DNA from: an uncultured Acidobacteriota bacterium
GTDB taxonomy: Bacteria > Acidobacteriota > Thermoanaerobaculia > Multivoradales > UBA5704
Reading direction: 5' to 3'
Assembly (NCBI GenBank): GCA_963770895.1
Contig: CAVYRF010000002.1
Coordinates: forward strand, 448,001 to 512,000
DNA length: 64,000 nt
Made by a program: the position numbers and the translations under genes. Shown one piece after another: positions 39,402-47,517 of this stretch; the first letter of the stretch is position 1, and every line of letters begins with the position of its first letter. The notes beneath the pieces are model-generated. The model made no database searches. It was given only the letters and a program-made list of their open reading frames with translations, and had not been told where the DNA came from.

Positions 39402-40469
39402 ATGAGGGACGTTGGCAACGCGGCTGGCGGCGCCGCGATGGAAGCATTCGTCGAGACGCTGACCCCCCTGGACGTCTACCCTCTCTGGATGGAGAAGGGC
39501 CTGCTCGTGCGCAAACCGACGACGCGCGCGCTGCCGCACGTATGGCGGTACGCGCCGCTGCGGGAGCGTCTCCTCGAAGCCGGCCGCCTCATCAGCGCTG
39601 AGCATGCGGAACGCCGCGTCCTCGTGCTCAAGAACCCAGGCCTCGAAGGCAAGCCGGCAGCGACCAGCCGGCTCTACGCCGGACTGCAGCTGGTGCTGCC
39701 TCACGAGATCGCGCCCGCCCACTTCCACGCGGCCTCGGCGATCCGCTTCGTCATCGAAGGCAAGGGCGCGTACACGACGGTCGACGGGGAGCGGGCCATC
39801 ATGGCTCCCGGAGACCTCGTGCTCACCGCGGCCTGGACCGTGCACGATCACGGCAATGAAACCGACGAAGCGATGATCTGGCTCGACGGTCTCGACCTGC
39901 CGCTGGTCAATGGCTTGGAGTGTTCGTTCTTCAGCGAGGTGGACGCGCAAGTTCAGGCCTTGCAGCGTCCGGACGACGCTTCCGCGCACATGTACTCGCG
40001 CGGCCAGCTGCGGCCCACCTCCGTGAAGTGGACGGCAAACTACTCGCCGGCCCTCAAGTATCCGTGGCCTCAGACGGAGAGCATCCTGCTCGACGCCTGG
40101 CACGACGGCGTGAACCACACGCCGGCGGACGGCGTCATGTTCGAGTTCACCAACCCCTTCACCGGCGGCCCCACGCTGCCGACCATCGGCTGTTACGTAC
40201 AGCTCCTGGCGCCGGGCGAGCACACGGCAGCGCATCGCCACACAACCAGCACGGTCTACCATGTCGTCCGCGGCGGCGGCACGTCGATCGTCGATGGCAA
40301 GGTCCTGTCGTGGGAAGAACGGGACACGTTCGCCGTGCCCGGGTGGGCCGTGCACGAACACGTGAACCAGTCCGCAACCGACCCGGCGATTCTCTTCTCC
40401 TTCACCGACGAGCCGACGCTGCGGGCGCTCGGCTTCCACCGTGAGGAGCCCGCCGAAAGGCAGGAGTAA
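39402..40469 (+). CDS. Gentisate 1,2-dioxygenase-like bicupin
   Basis: ERRVLVLKNPG, LYAGLQLVLPHEIAPAHFH, GAYTTVDGE, HDHGN and WLDGLDLP. GGAGG RBS before 39402. Confidence 0.85.
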   Translation: MRDVGNAAGGAAMEAFVETLTPLDVYPLWMEKGLLVRKPTTRALPHVWRYAPLRERLLEAGRLISAEHAERRVLVLKNPGLEGKPAATSRLYAGLQLVLPHEIAPAHFHAASAIRFVIEGKGAYTTVDGERAIMAPGDLVLTAAWTVHDHGNETDEAMIWLDGLDLPLVNGLECSFFSEVDAQVQALQRPDDASAHMYSRGQLRPTSVKWTANYSPALKYPWPQTESILLDAWHDGVNHTPADGVMFEFTNPFTGGPTLPTIGCYVQLLAPGEHTAAHRHTTSTVYHVVRGGGTSIVDGKVLSWEERDTFAVPGWAVHEHVNQSATDPAILFSFTDEPTLRALGFHREEPAERQE

Positions 40470-40472
40470 ACG

Positions 40473-41315
40473 ATGCGCCTGGTCACGGTGGTCGAAAATG
40501 GAAGAACGATCGCTGCGGTGGAAGGCCCGGCTGGGCGTCACGCGCTGCTCGACGCGAGTGGCACCCCCTACGCCGACATCGGCGAGCTGCTCCGCCGCCA
40601 ACCCGCATGGCGCGAAGTGGCCGCAAGGCCGGGCCGTCTCCTCGCGGCGGACCTGCCGGTGGCGCGGCCGATTCTGAGCCCGGGGGCCACCGTCTGCGTC
40701 GGATTGAACTACCGCCGGCACGTGCTCGAGATGAAGCGCGAAATGCCCACGGTGCCGACGCTCTTTTCAAAGCTGGCCCGCTCCCTCTGTGACCCCGGCG
40801 CCAGGATCGTCCTCCCCTCCGCGTCGGCCGCCGTGGACTACGAAGGCGAGCTGGTGGCGGTCATCGGCCGCGGCGGCCGCGACATTCCCGCCGATCGGGC
40901 CTGGGAGGCCGTGGCAGGGCTCACGCTGATGAACGACGTGTCCATGCGCGACTTCCAGAAGCGGTCGCTGCAATGGTTCGCGGGCAAGGCGTGGCAGGCG
41001 TCGACTCCTGTCGGCCCGGCGATGGTGTCCGTGGAGGCCCTCCCCAACCTGGGCCAGCGGGAGATCGTGACCCGCGTCAACGGCGAGGAACGGCAGCGAT
41101 CGCCGCTGAGCGACCTGATCTTCGACGTGCCGACGCTGGTGGCGGATCTGTCGCGCATCGTCGCGTTGGAACCGGGCGACCTGATCGCGACGGGAACCCC
41201 CGCCGGCGTCGGAGACGCAATGAAGCCGCCGTCCTATCTCCGCCCCGGCGACGTGGTCGAGATCTCCGTCGACGGCATCGGCACGCTGACCAACCAGTTC
41301 GTGGGGGCAGAGTGA
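40473..41315 (+). CDS. Fumarylacetoacetate hydrolase family protein
   Basis: CVGLNY, DYEGEL, NDVSMRD and PGDLIATGTPAGVG. Confidence 0.92.
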   Translation: MRLVTVVENGRTIAAVEGPAGRHALLDASGTPYADIGELLRRQPAWREVAARPGRLLAADLPVARPILSPGATVCVGLNYRRHVLEMKREMPTVPTLFSKLARSLCDPGARIVLPSASAAVDYEGELVAVIGRGGRDIPADRAWEAVAGLTLMNDVSMRDFQKRSLQWFAGKAWQASTPVGPAMVSVEALPNLGQREIVTRVNGEERQRSPLSDLIFDVPTLVADLSRIVALEPGDLIATGTPAGVGDAMKPPSYLRPGDVVEISVDGIGTLTNQFVGAE

Positions 41316-41962
41316 TCTTCGATCCCACGACGCTGGACCGCGCCGCCCTCAATGCGCTGATCAACGGCCTGATCTGCCCGCGTCCCATCGCCTGGGTTTC
41401 CACGGTGAGCGCCGCCGGCGTCTCGAATCTCGCCCCCTTCTCGTTTTTCAATGCGTTCTCGTTCTCGCCGCCGACGGTCGGCATCGGCCCCGGCAGTCGC
41501 AACGGCGTGAACAAGGACTCACTGCGCAACATCCGCGAAACCGGCGAGCTGACGATCTCCGTGGTCACGGAGGACCTGGCGGAGTTGGCGAACGCCACCA
41601 GCGCCGAATTCCCTCCCGAGGTCGACGAATGGGAAGCGCTCGGCATTCAGGGCGCCCCGTCCCTCGAAGTGCGGCCCCGCCGGGTCGCGGCGTCCCCTGC
41701 CGCCTTCGAATGCAAGGTCCTCCAGGTGCTCGAGCTCGGAGCGCTCCCGGCGCGATCCAACTCGCTGGTTGTCGCTCGCGTGGTGAGGATCTACGTGGAC
41801 GATCGCGCCCTGGACGGCACCCGGCCGCGCTCTGAGATCCTGCAGCTCGTGGCGCGCATGGGGGGCGACGAGTGGTGCCGCACCCGCGACAAGTTCGTTC
41901 TGAAGCGCCCCACCAGTGCCGACCCCGACGCGGTGCGCCAAGACCTCGTCAAGACGCAGTGA
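41312..41962 (+). CDS. Flavin reductase family protein
   Basis: PRPIAWVST, NLAPFSFFN and KDSLRNIRETGE. GTGA overlap with the upstream gene. Confidence 0.88.
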   Translation: MIFDPTTLDRAALNALINGLICPRPIAWVSTVSAAGVSNLAPFSFFNAFSFSPPTVGIGPGSRNGVNKDSLRNIRETGELTISVVTEDLAELANATSAEFPPEVDEWEALGIQGAPSLEVRPRRVAASPAAFECKVLQVLELGALPARSNSLVVARVVRIYVDDRALDGTRPRSEILQLVARMGGDEWCRTRDKFVLKRPTSADPDAVRQDLVKTQ

Positions 41963-41983
41963 CGGAGCGGCGCTGATCGCGGC

Positions 41984-43198
41984 ATGAGGGAGCGCGAGGT
42001 CGTCGTGGTGGGAGCGGGTCCGGTCGGCCTGACAGCGGCGCTGTCCCTGCGGTCCATGGGACTTGCGGCCACGGTCGTGGAAGCCGGAGAAGCCACCCGA
42101 GCGCGCCCCGGCAGCCGCGCCATCTTCCTGCATCATGCGACGCTCGAAATCCTGGAGGGAATCCGCGGCGGGTTGAGTCAGGAGCTGGTTCGGCACGGCC
42201 TGGAGTTCCTGACCAGAAACACCTGGTACCGCGGCCGTCAGGTTTTTCGGAAGACCTACCAGCCGGGTGTCTTCGGAGCCCTCCCGGCGTCGATCAGTCT
42301 GCCGCAATCCGTGACCGAAAGGATCCTGCTCACAGCCTGCATCGAGGCCGGAGTGGAGTTCATATGGAACGCGCCCGTCGCTCGCGTCCTGCCCGGCGCG
42401 GCCGGCGTGCAGATCCTGTCGGACACTGTCGAACCGTTGCAGGCGCGCTACGTGATCGGCGCAGACGGATCACGCTCCAGCGTGCGGAAGTCCTGCGGCC
42501 TGGCGCTCGAAGGACCCCGCACCACCAACGCCTACGTCATCGTCGACGTGCAGGAAGACCCCCACCAGCCCCTGCCGGTTGAGCGGACGTTCCACTACGA
42601 GCACCCAGCCGTCGACGGGCGCAACGTCCTCTTCGTGCCATTCGCCGGGCATTGGCGCGTCGACCTGCAGTGCCACAAGACCGACGATCCGGACCACTTC
42701 AGCGGACCCGAGGGCGTACGAACCTGGCTGCCCCAAGTCATGCCCACGCGCTACGCGGACCGTGTGACCTGGGTATCCACCTACGTCTTCCGGCAGGCAG
42801 TATCGCGCCGCTTCGCCGACCCAGAACGGCGGGTCCTTCTGGCGGGAGAGGCAGCCCATATCTTCGCGCCCTTCGGAGCACGCGGCCTCAACTCCGGCGT
42901 AGCGGACGCCTTCGTCGCCGCAAGGGCAATCCGCGATGCGATCGGCGCCGCCTCCGCCCAGGACGCCACCGCGTCGATCGACCGCTTCGAAGCCTCAAGG
43001 CGCGCGGCGGCAATGCGCAACCGCGCCGCGTCGTCCACCGCGTTGCGCCACCTCACCGCCCGATCGACCCTGACCCGCAAAATCCGCCGCCTCGCGGCAA
43101 CCCTCGCCCCCAAAGATCCAATGGTGGCGCGATGGCTCGACAAGGCCCCCTACGGCCCCCAGCTCGGCACTCCCGACGCCGAAGGCATGCTGTACTGA
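41984..43198 (+). CDS. FAD-dependent aromatic monooxygenase (MhpA/PheA-like)
   Basis: VVGAGPVG, IGADGSRS and LAGEAAHIFAPFGARGLNSG. Confidence 0.88.
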   Translation: MREREVVVVGAGPVGLTAALSLRSMGLAATVVEAGEATRARPGSRAIFLHHATLEILEGIRGGLSQELVRHGLEFLTRNTWYRGRQVFRKTYQPGVFGALPASISLPQSVTERILLTACIEAGVEFIWNAPVARVLPGAAGVQILSDTVEPLQARYVIGADGSRSSVRKSCGLALEGPRTTNAYVIVDVQEDPHQPLPVERTFHYEHPAVDGRNVLFVPFAGHWRVDLQCHKTDDPDHFSGPEGVRTWLPQVMPTRYADRVTWVSTYVFRQAVSRRFADPERRVLLAGEAAHIFAPFGARGLNSGVADAFVAARAIRDAIGAASAQDATASIDRFEASRRAAAMRNRAASSTALRHLTARSTLTRKIRRLAATLAPKDPMVARWLDKAPYGPQLGTPDAEGMLY

Positions 43199-43309
43199 CT
43201 CACGAAACCGGCGAGCCCGCCACTAGCCAGGCTTGTGGCCGGTTCCGCGGTCGGGAGCCACGGTTGAACCGCGATCACCCCTGCCGGAGGCACTTAAATC
43301 TACGTTACC

Positions 43310-44515
43310 TCAACCCTGGGCGGCCCCCAAGGGGTCTTCCAGTTCGCCGCGGTGGCGCAGCAGGCGGTCGGTCAGGGCTCGCAGGGGAAGCAGGAGGTCG
43401 TTCTGGGGCGCTATCAGCGGCCACTCAGAGCGCCGGCGGCGGAACAGGGCGTCTGCGCCGGGAAAAGTCGTCTGAACCGGCGCGGCAGGAGCGCCGGGAG
43501 CGGCGGCCTGATTGCGGCAGTAGGCTGCCTGGTGATCGCGGGCGATCGTGGCCGCCTCCCGCAGACTGCCTTCCGCCAACAGCCGGGAGCAGACACCTTC
43601 CAGCAACAGCTCGGCCTCAGCGTGCCGGCCTGCCGCCATCGCGATGAGGCCTTCGGTCCAGGCGCGCCGCAATGCTTCGTGCGGTGAGGCCGGCAGGGTA
43701 TAGAGACCTCGCGCGCGCTCCAGCCACACCGTGCCCGAGCCTTCGGCCAGCCGAATCTCGCACTCGGCACAGGCCAGGGCCACCCGCACCGTCAGGGAAG
43801 GGGCCAGCGCCGGCTCCAACAGGTTCCAGGTGCGTTGCAGGGCCTGCCGCGCCAGCATCCAGTCACCGGCAGCGAGCTGGAGGAAGCCGGCCTCGGCCAG
43901 GCACGCCGCGGCGGAACCGCCCAGCGCCAACTGCGCGAAGACGCGGGCAGCTCTCTGGAAATGCTCCGCGGCGTCGCGCCAGGAGCCCGCCTGCTGGTCC
44001 ACCTGTGCGAAGCCGGCCGTCGCCAGCCCCAGCTCCTCGGACGGAGGATCGTAGACGACAAGATCGAGCATCTCTGAAAACGCCTGGCGCGCCCCGGCAA
44101 CGTCTGCGCGGTGCAGGCGGGCTTTGCCGACCAGCCAGTGAGCCAGCGCCCCCGCCTTGCAAGCCCGCCCATCGCCAGCGCCTACCAGGCTGCCAGCGAG
44201 CACCGCCGCCAGCTCCGCCCGTTCCTCCACCATCGAGGCGTCGGCGGATCGCAGAAGCGCATCCTCCGCCTGCAGGTTCAGCAGCATCACCAGCGTCACC
44301 CGGTGGAAGCGAGGCTGCCTGCGAGCGAGCGGCAATCGCTTGTCCCGCACCATCGCCAGCAGCTGGTCCGCCAGGGCGGCATCCAGCAGCGCACCGGCGA
44401 GCAGAGGCGACGCAGGTTCCTCGCCGGGCCGGTTGTCTGCGGCAGAGAACCCTGGATCGAGCGGCTCGCCCGGAGCCGGCTCGGCGCCCCGTCGGCCGCT
44501 GCCATTGCGCACCAT
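43310..44515 (-). CDS. TPR-like helical repeat protein C1 (paralog of 50698-51993)
   Basis: Shares PRFHR, AGALAHWL.GKA.LHR, PSEELGLA, RVALACAECE, WLERAR.LY.LPA and LTDRLLR..GELE with C2. Confidence 0.7.
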   Translation of the reverse strand: MVRNGSGRRGAEPAPGEPLDPGFSAADNRPGEEPASPLLAGALLDAALADQLLAMVRDKRLPLARRQPRFHRVTLVMLLNLQAEDALLRSADASMVEERAELAAVLAGSLVGAGDGRACKAGALAHWLVGKARLHRADVAGARQAFSEMLDLVVYDPPSEELGLATAGFAQVDQQAGSWRDAAEHFQRAARVFAQLALGGSAAACLAEAGFLQLAAGDWMLARQALQRTWNLLEPALAPSLTVRVALACAECEIRLAEGSGTVWLERARGLYTLPASPHEALRRAWTEGLIAMAAGRHAEAELLLEGVCSRLLAEGSLREAATIARDHQAAYCRNQAAAPGAPAAPVQTTFPGADALFRRRRSEWPLIAPQNDLLLPLRALTDRLLRHRGELEDPLGAAQG

Positions 44516-44553
44516 CAGCTATCCCTTCGCCGCGATCGCATTCGACCGAGCCT

Positions 44554-45126
44554 TCAGCAAGTGCCTCGCCCGTGGCACGCCGCCGGTTGAGCTACTCTGG
44601 CGCCATACGCCGCTCGATCGATGCCGTAGCACAGCACCTCGCTGCCTTGATGCTCCATGCGGTGCTGGAACGTTTCGCCCGCGCGTTCGACCAGCCGCAC
44701 CGCGGCCGTGTTATCGGGATGGATCAGACTGATGACCTGATCCTTGCCCAGGGTGACGAAGGCGTGGGCCAGCGCTGCATGGTTGGCTTCCGTCGCATAG
44801 CCCCGCCCCCAGAAGCCACGAGCCAAGCGGCCGGCCAGCTCGCAACCCGGCCACCCCTCGGCCTCCACCAACCCGATCAAGCCGCAAAATGCGCCGCTCG
44901 CCCGCTCCTCCACCGCCCACATGCCGCACCCGCTGAGATGCCAGCTCCCGATCATGCAGGCCATGTGTCGCCACGACCGGGCGCGATCCCACAGCGCTCC
45001 TTGATCGAAATACCGCATTACCTCCGGGTCCGCATGCAGCGATGCATAGTCATCGAAGTCGGTGCGCTGCAAACACCGCAACATCAGCCTCTCGGTTTCC
45101 AGATTGGGGACTGCCTGCATGAACAT
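44554..45126 (-). CDS. GNAT (RimJ/RimL-like) N-acetyltransferase
   Basis: LETERLMLR, DPEVMRY, FWGRGYATEA and IHPDN. GGGAGG RBS. Confidence 0.88.
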   Translation of the reverse strand: MFMQAVPNLETERLMLRCLQRTDFDDYASLHADPEVMRYFDQGALWDRARSWRHMACMIGSWHLSGCGMWAVEERASGAFCGLIGLVEAEGWPGCELAGRLARGFWGRGYATEANHAALAHAFVTLGKDQVISLIHPDNTAAVRLVERAGETFQHRMEHQGSEVLCYGIDRAAYGARVAQPAACHGRGTC

Positions 45127-45487
45127 GCGATGGTCCTCCCAAAAGTGCGTGCGCGATGCGCGACCGAGGAAAACGAGAGCACGGCTAGTCACAGTCGCCC
45201 TCGGGCTCGTCCAGCTGCCACCGGCCGCCAGCGTGGCAAGGCGGCCCGGCATCCCAACGGGATTTATTTTGTAGGGGCCGGTGCCACTTGGGCTGCGGAA
45301 GCAAACTGATGCGAGTAAAAACCACTTACGAGGGCACGAAGCGGTACTTTCGTTCTGCGCGCGCGGGCCAAGGACCAGACCCGCCTGCCCGCCCAGATTT
45401 CTTCGAAGCGAAGCTCCGGGTTCTGGCGCGCGCTGAAGAGGCAATCGATGCCGGCGCCGACAACTGAGGCGGCGTTACCCCAACGCT

Positions 45488-46882
45488 TTAGGCCGCGCGC
45501 CGCAGAAGATCGAGAGCCCGCTGCGCCTCGCTGTGCAGTTCCAATGCCTCGAAAATGGCCATGGATTCATGCGCCAGAGCCTTTACCTCTGCCGACTTGC
45601 CCTGCGTCGCATGAATTTCCGCGAGTTCCAGGGTCACGAGTGCGGCAATGTAGACATTGTGGCTTGCGGCAAAGTCCCGACGCACCTTTTCGAAACCGGT
45701 CACGGCCTCGGCCACGCGGCCCTGGCCGGCCGCCACGCGGCTCTCTAACCAGCTTACTCGCAGGAGTTCCAGCCGCTTGCCGAATCCCTCAGCCATGGAG
45801 CGGATCTCAGAAAGCAGAAGCTCCGCCTCGTGATAACGCTTCAGCTGACATAGATTGACGGCCAGGTTCTTCCGAACGATGTAGTACTTCCATGGCTCTT
45901 GCTCAAAACCGATGTGTCCGGCCGCCTGCTGCAACCACTGGATTGCCCCCTGCAAGTCACCCATTTGTTCCAGGGTCCTGGATTTCCCGAGGAGCAGCGA
46001 TGGCATCTCGCCCCAGCGGTCGATCTTGAGCGCCTCGTCGAGAAGAGCCAGCGCTTCATCGAGCCGACGCTGCGCTCGCCGCAGCGACGCCTTCAGGTGG
46101 AGGACGCGGGCCTCATTGAGATACCCCGGGTCGGCCGCGGCACCCTCCTGCCAGAGCTCCATGCCGTACGCGAATGCCTTTTCGGCTGCCGCGAGATCCC
46201 GACCGCCCACGCGCAGAGCGTTTGCTACATGACATCGTGCATATCCCTCAAGCCGAGAGCGCCACCCGGCACCGACCGGCAGCCGACTGGCGATCAATAC
46301 AGCCAGATCGCCGAGACTTTCAGCCCTCTCGGAGCTATCGCCAGCGGCATCCAGGCTCTTGTCGCAGATCAGCACGCAGAGGCCAGGGCTCTGGAGGTCG
46401 TGAAGGTGGCACACCAACTCCCGCCGCACGGTGTCTGAGTAGCGGTCGATCCGCATCCAAAGCTCCGGCGCTGACCGGCGGCTCTCGATGAAGTCAACGG
46501 GTTCATAGGAGTGCCGGCTTGCCGTCAAATCACGCAGCACAAGGGAAGCAAGGTCAACCCCAAGATCCGCAGCGACGGTTGCGGCTGGAAGGCCTTGTAC
46601 CTGCAAGGTGGTTTGCGCCACAGGTAGGCGTGCCCCTTCGCTGCGAAGCCGGCCCAGAAGCGCAACCACTTCATCGATGGCGCTCAGGGGCATGCCGAGC
46701 GCTGAAGTAATCCGTGCCAGGGTCCCCGGGTTTGGCTCGCCCTTGCCTTGCTCCAGCCGCTTGATCGTATCGACGTGAATTCCCGCCGCACGGGCCAGGG
46801 CCTTCTGCTCCTGGCCTCGCGCCAGACGCAAGAAGCTCAGCGCCAGACCTCTATCGCTTCGATGCCCCGTCTTCGCCCTCAT
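45488..46882 (-). CDS. XRE-HTH + TPR regulator A1 (C-terminal tail degenerate)
   Basis: HTH LRLARGQEQKALARAAGIHVDTIKRLEQG. TPR core with ANALRV, NEARV, DRWGE and AALVTLELA. Stops before the conserved ARxxPxLxF tail. Confidence 0.8.
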   Translation of the reverse strand: MRAKTGHRSDRGLALSFLRLARGQEQKALARAAGIHVDTIKRLEQGKGEPNPGTLARITSALGMPLSAIDEVVALLGRLRSEGARLPVAQTTLQVQGLPAATVAADLGVDLASLVLRDLTASRHSYEPVDFIESRRSAPELWMRIDRYSDTVRRELVCHLHDLQSPGLCVLICDKSLDAAGDSSERAESLGDLAVLIASRLPVGAGWRSRLEGYARCHVANALRVGGRDLAAAEKAFAYGMELWQEGAAADPGYLNEARVLHLKASLRRAQRRLDEALALLDEALKIDRWGEMPSLLLGKSRTLEQMGDLQGAIQWLQQAAGHIGFEQEPWKYYIVRKNLAVNLCQLKRYHEAELLLSEIRSMAEGFGKRLELLRVSWLESRVAAGQGRVAEAVTGFEKVRRDFAASHNVYIAALVTLELAEIHATQGKSAEVKALAHESMAIFEALELHSEAQRALDLLRRAA

Positions 46883-47037
46883 TTGCGCGCACCCTCATTC
46901 ATTAAGATGGGGCAGGATGACCTCCCCTAGGGAGGCACAGCCTTGTATTTTGTGACCGCCGTCCACATCCAGGATCTTCGAGGCGCCCCGCGGCCAGGCA
47001 GGCCGCGTTGACGTCGCTTCCGAGAAAGGAGCATCCG

Positions 47038-47448
47038 ATGAAGCCGTTCTCCCGTCTTCTGATGGTGGGCATTCTCTTCACGATCTTAGCTGCGCCTGGG
47101 GCGCTTGCGGCCCCTCCATCGCCGCACAGAGTGTCCGCCGGCTCGCCGATTGGTCTCGCCGACGCGTGGGACAGCGTGGTTGCGCGCATGCTGGACTGGC
47201 TGGGCGAGCGGCCCGCAAATCACTCCGGCAGACCGTCCGCTTCGCGGGCGATGTCGCCTGATGAAGGTTGTACAACGGATCCGAATGGACTGTGTGCAGA
47301 TGCAGGGCCGAGAAAGCGGGTGCCATCGAACCTTTCGGCCGGGCCTGGCGGCAAGGCTCTTGGCTTGAGATTCCAATCCAGAATGCCCGTCGAGTCGCCA
47401 GCTGACACTGGTTGCTCGACCGATCCCAACGGGCAGTGCCTTCACTAA
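47038..47448 (+). CDS. Small secreted peptide precursor P2 with two DxGCxTDPNGxC cores
   Basis: AAGGAG RBS, signal peptide MKPFSRLLMVGILFTILAAPGALA, Trp helix AWDSVVARMLDWLG, and cores DEGCTTDPNGLC and DTGCSTDPNGQC. Confidence 0.78.
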   Translation: MKPFSRLLMVGILFTILAAPGALAAPPSPHRVSAGSPIGLADAWDSVVARMLDWLGERPANHSGRPSASRAMSPDEGCTTDPNGLCADAGPRKRVPSNLSAGPGGKALGLRFQSRMPVESPADTGCSTDPNGQCLH

Positions 47449-47517
47449 GGAGAGGTGGCGCTGGTAATGCCGGACAGGAGCGCTGATAGCGTTCCGATCG
47501 GACCCCAATGCCTCCTC

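Noticed and set aside
47260-47295. RHS toxin remnant suggested by DPNGL
   Set aside because: No YD repeats or RHS core upstream and no toxin domain or immunity gene downstream. Only the four-residue motif is shared.
47038-47448. Classical RiPP cluster (lasso peptide, lanthipeptide, graspetide) for the DPxG peptides
   Set aside because: No cyclase, dehydratase, ATP-grasp, radical SAM or RRE gene is nearby, and the precursors have Sec-type signal peptides. Modification in trans cannot be excluded.
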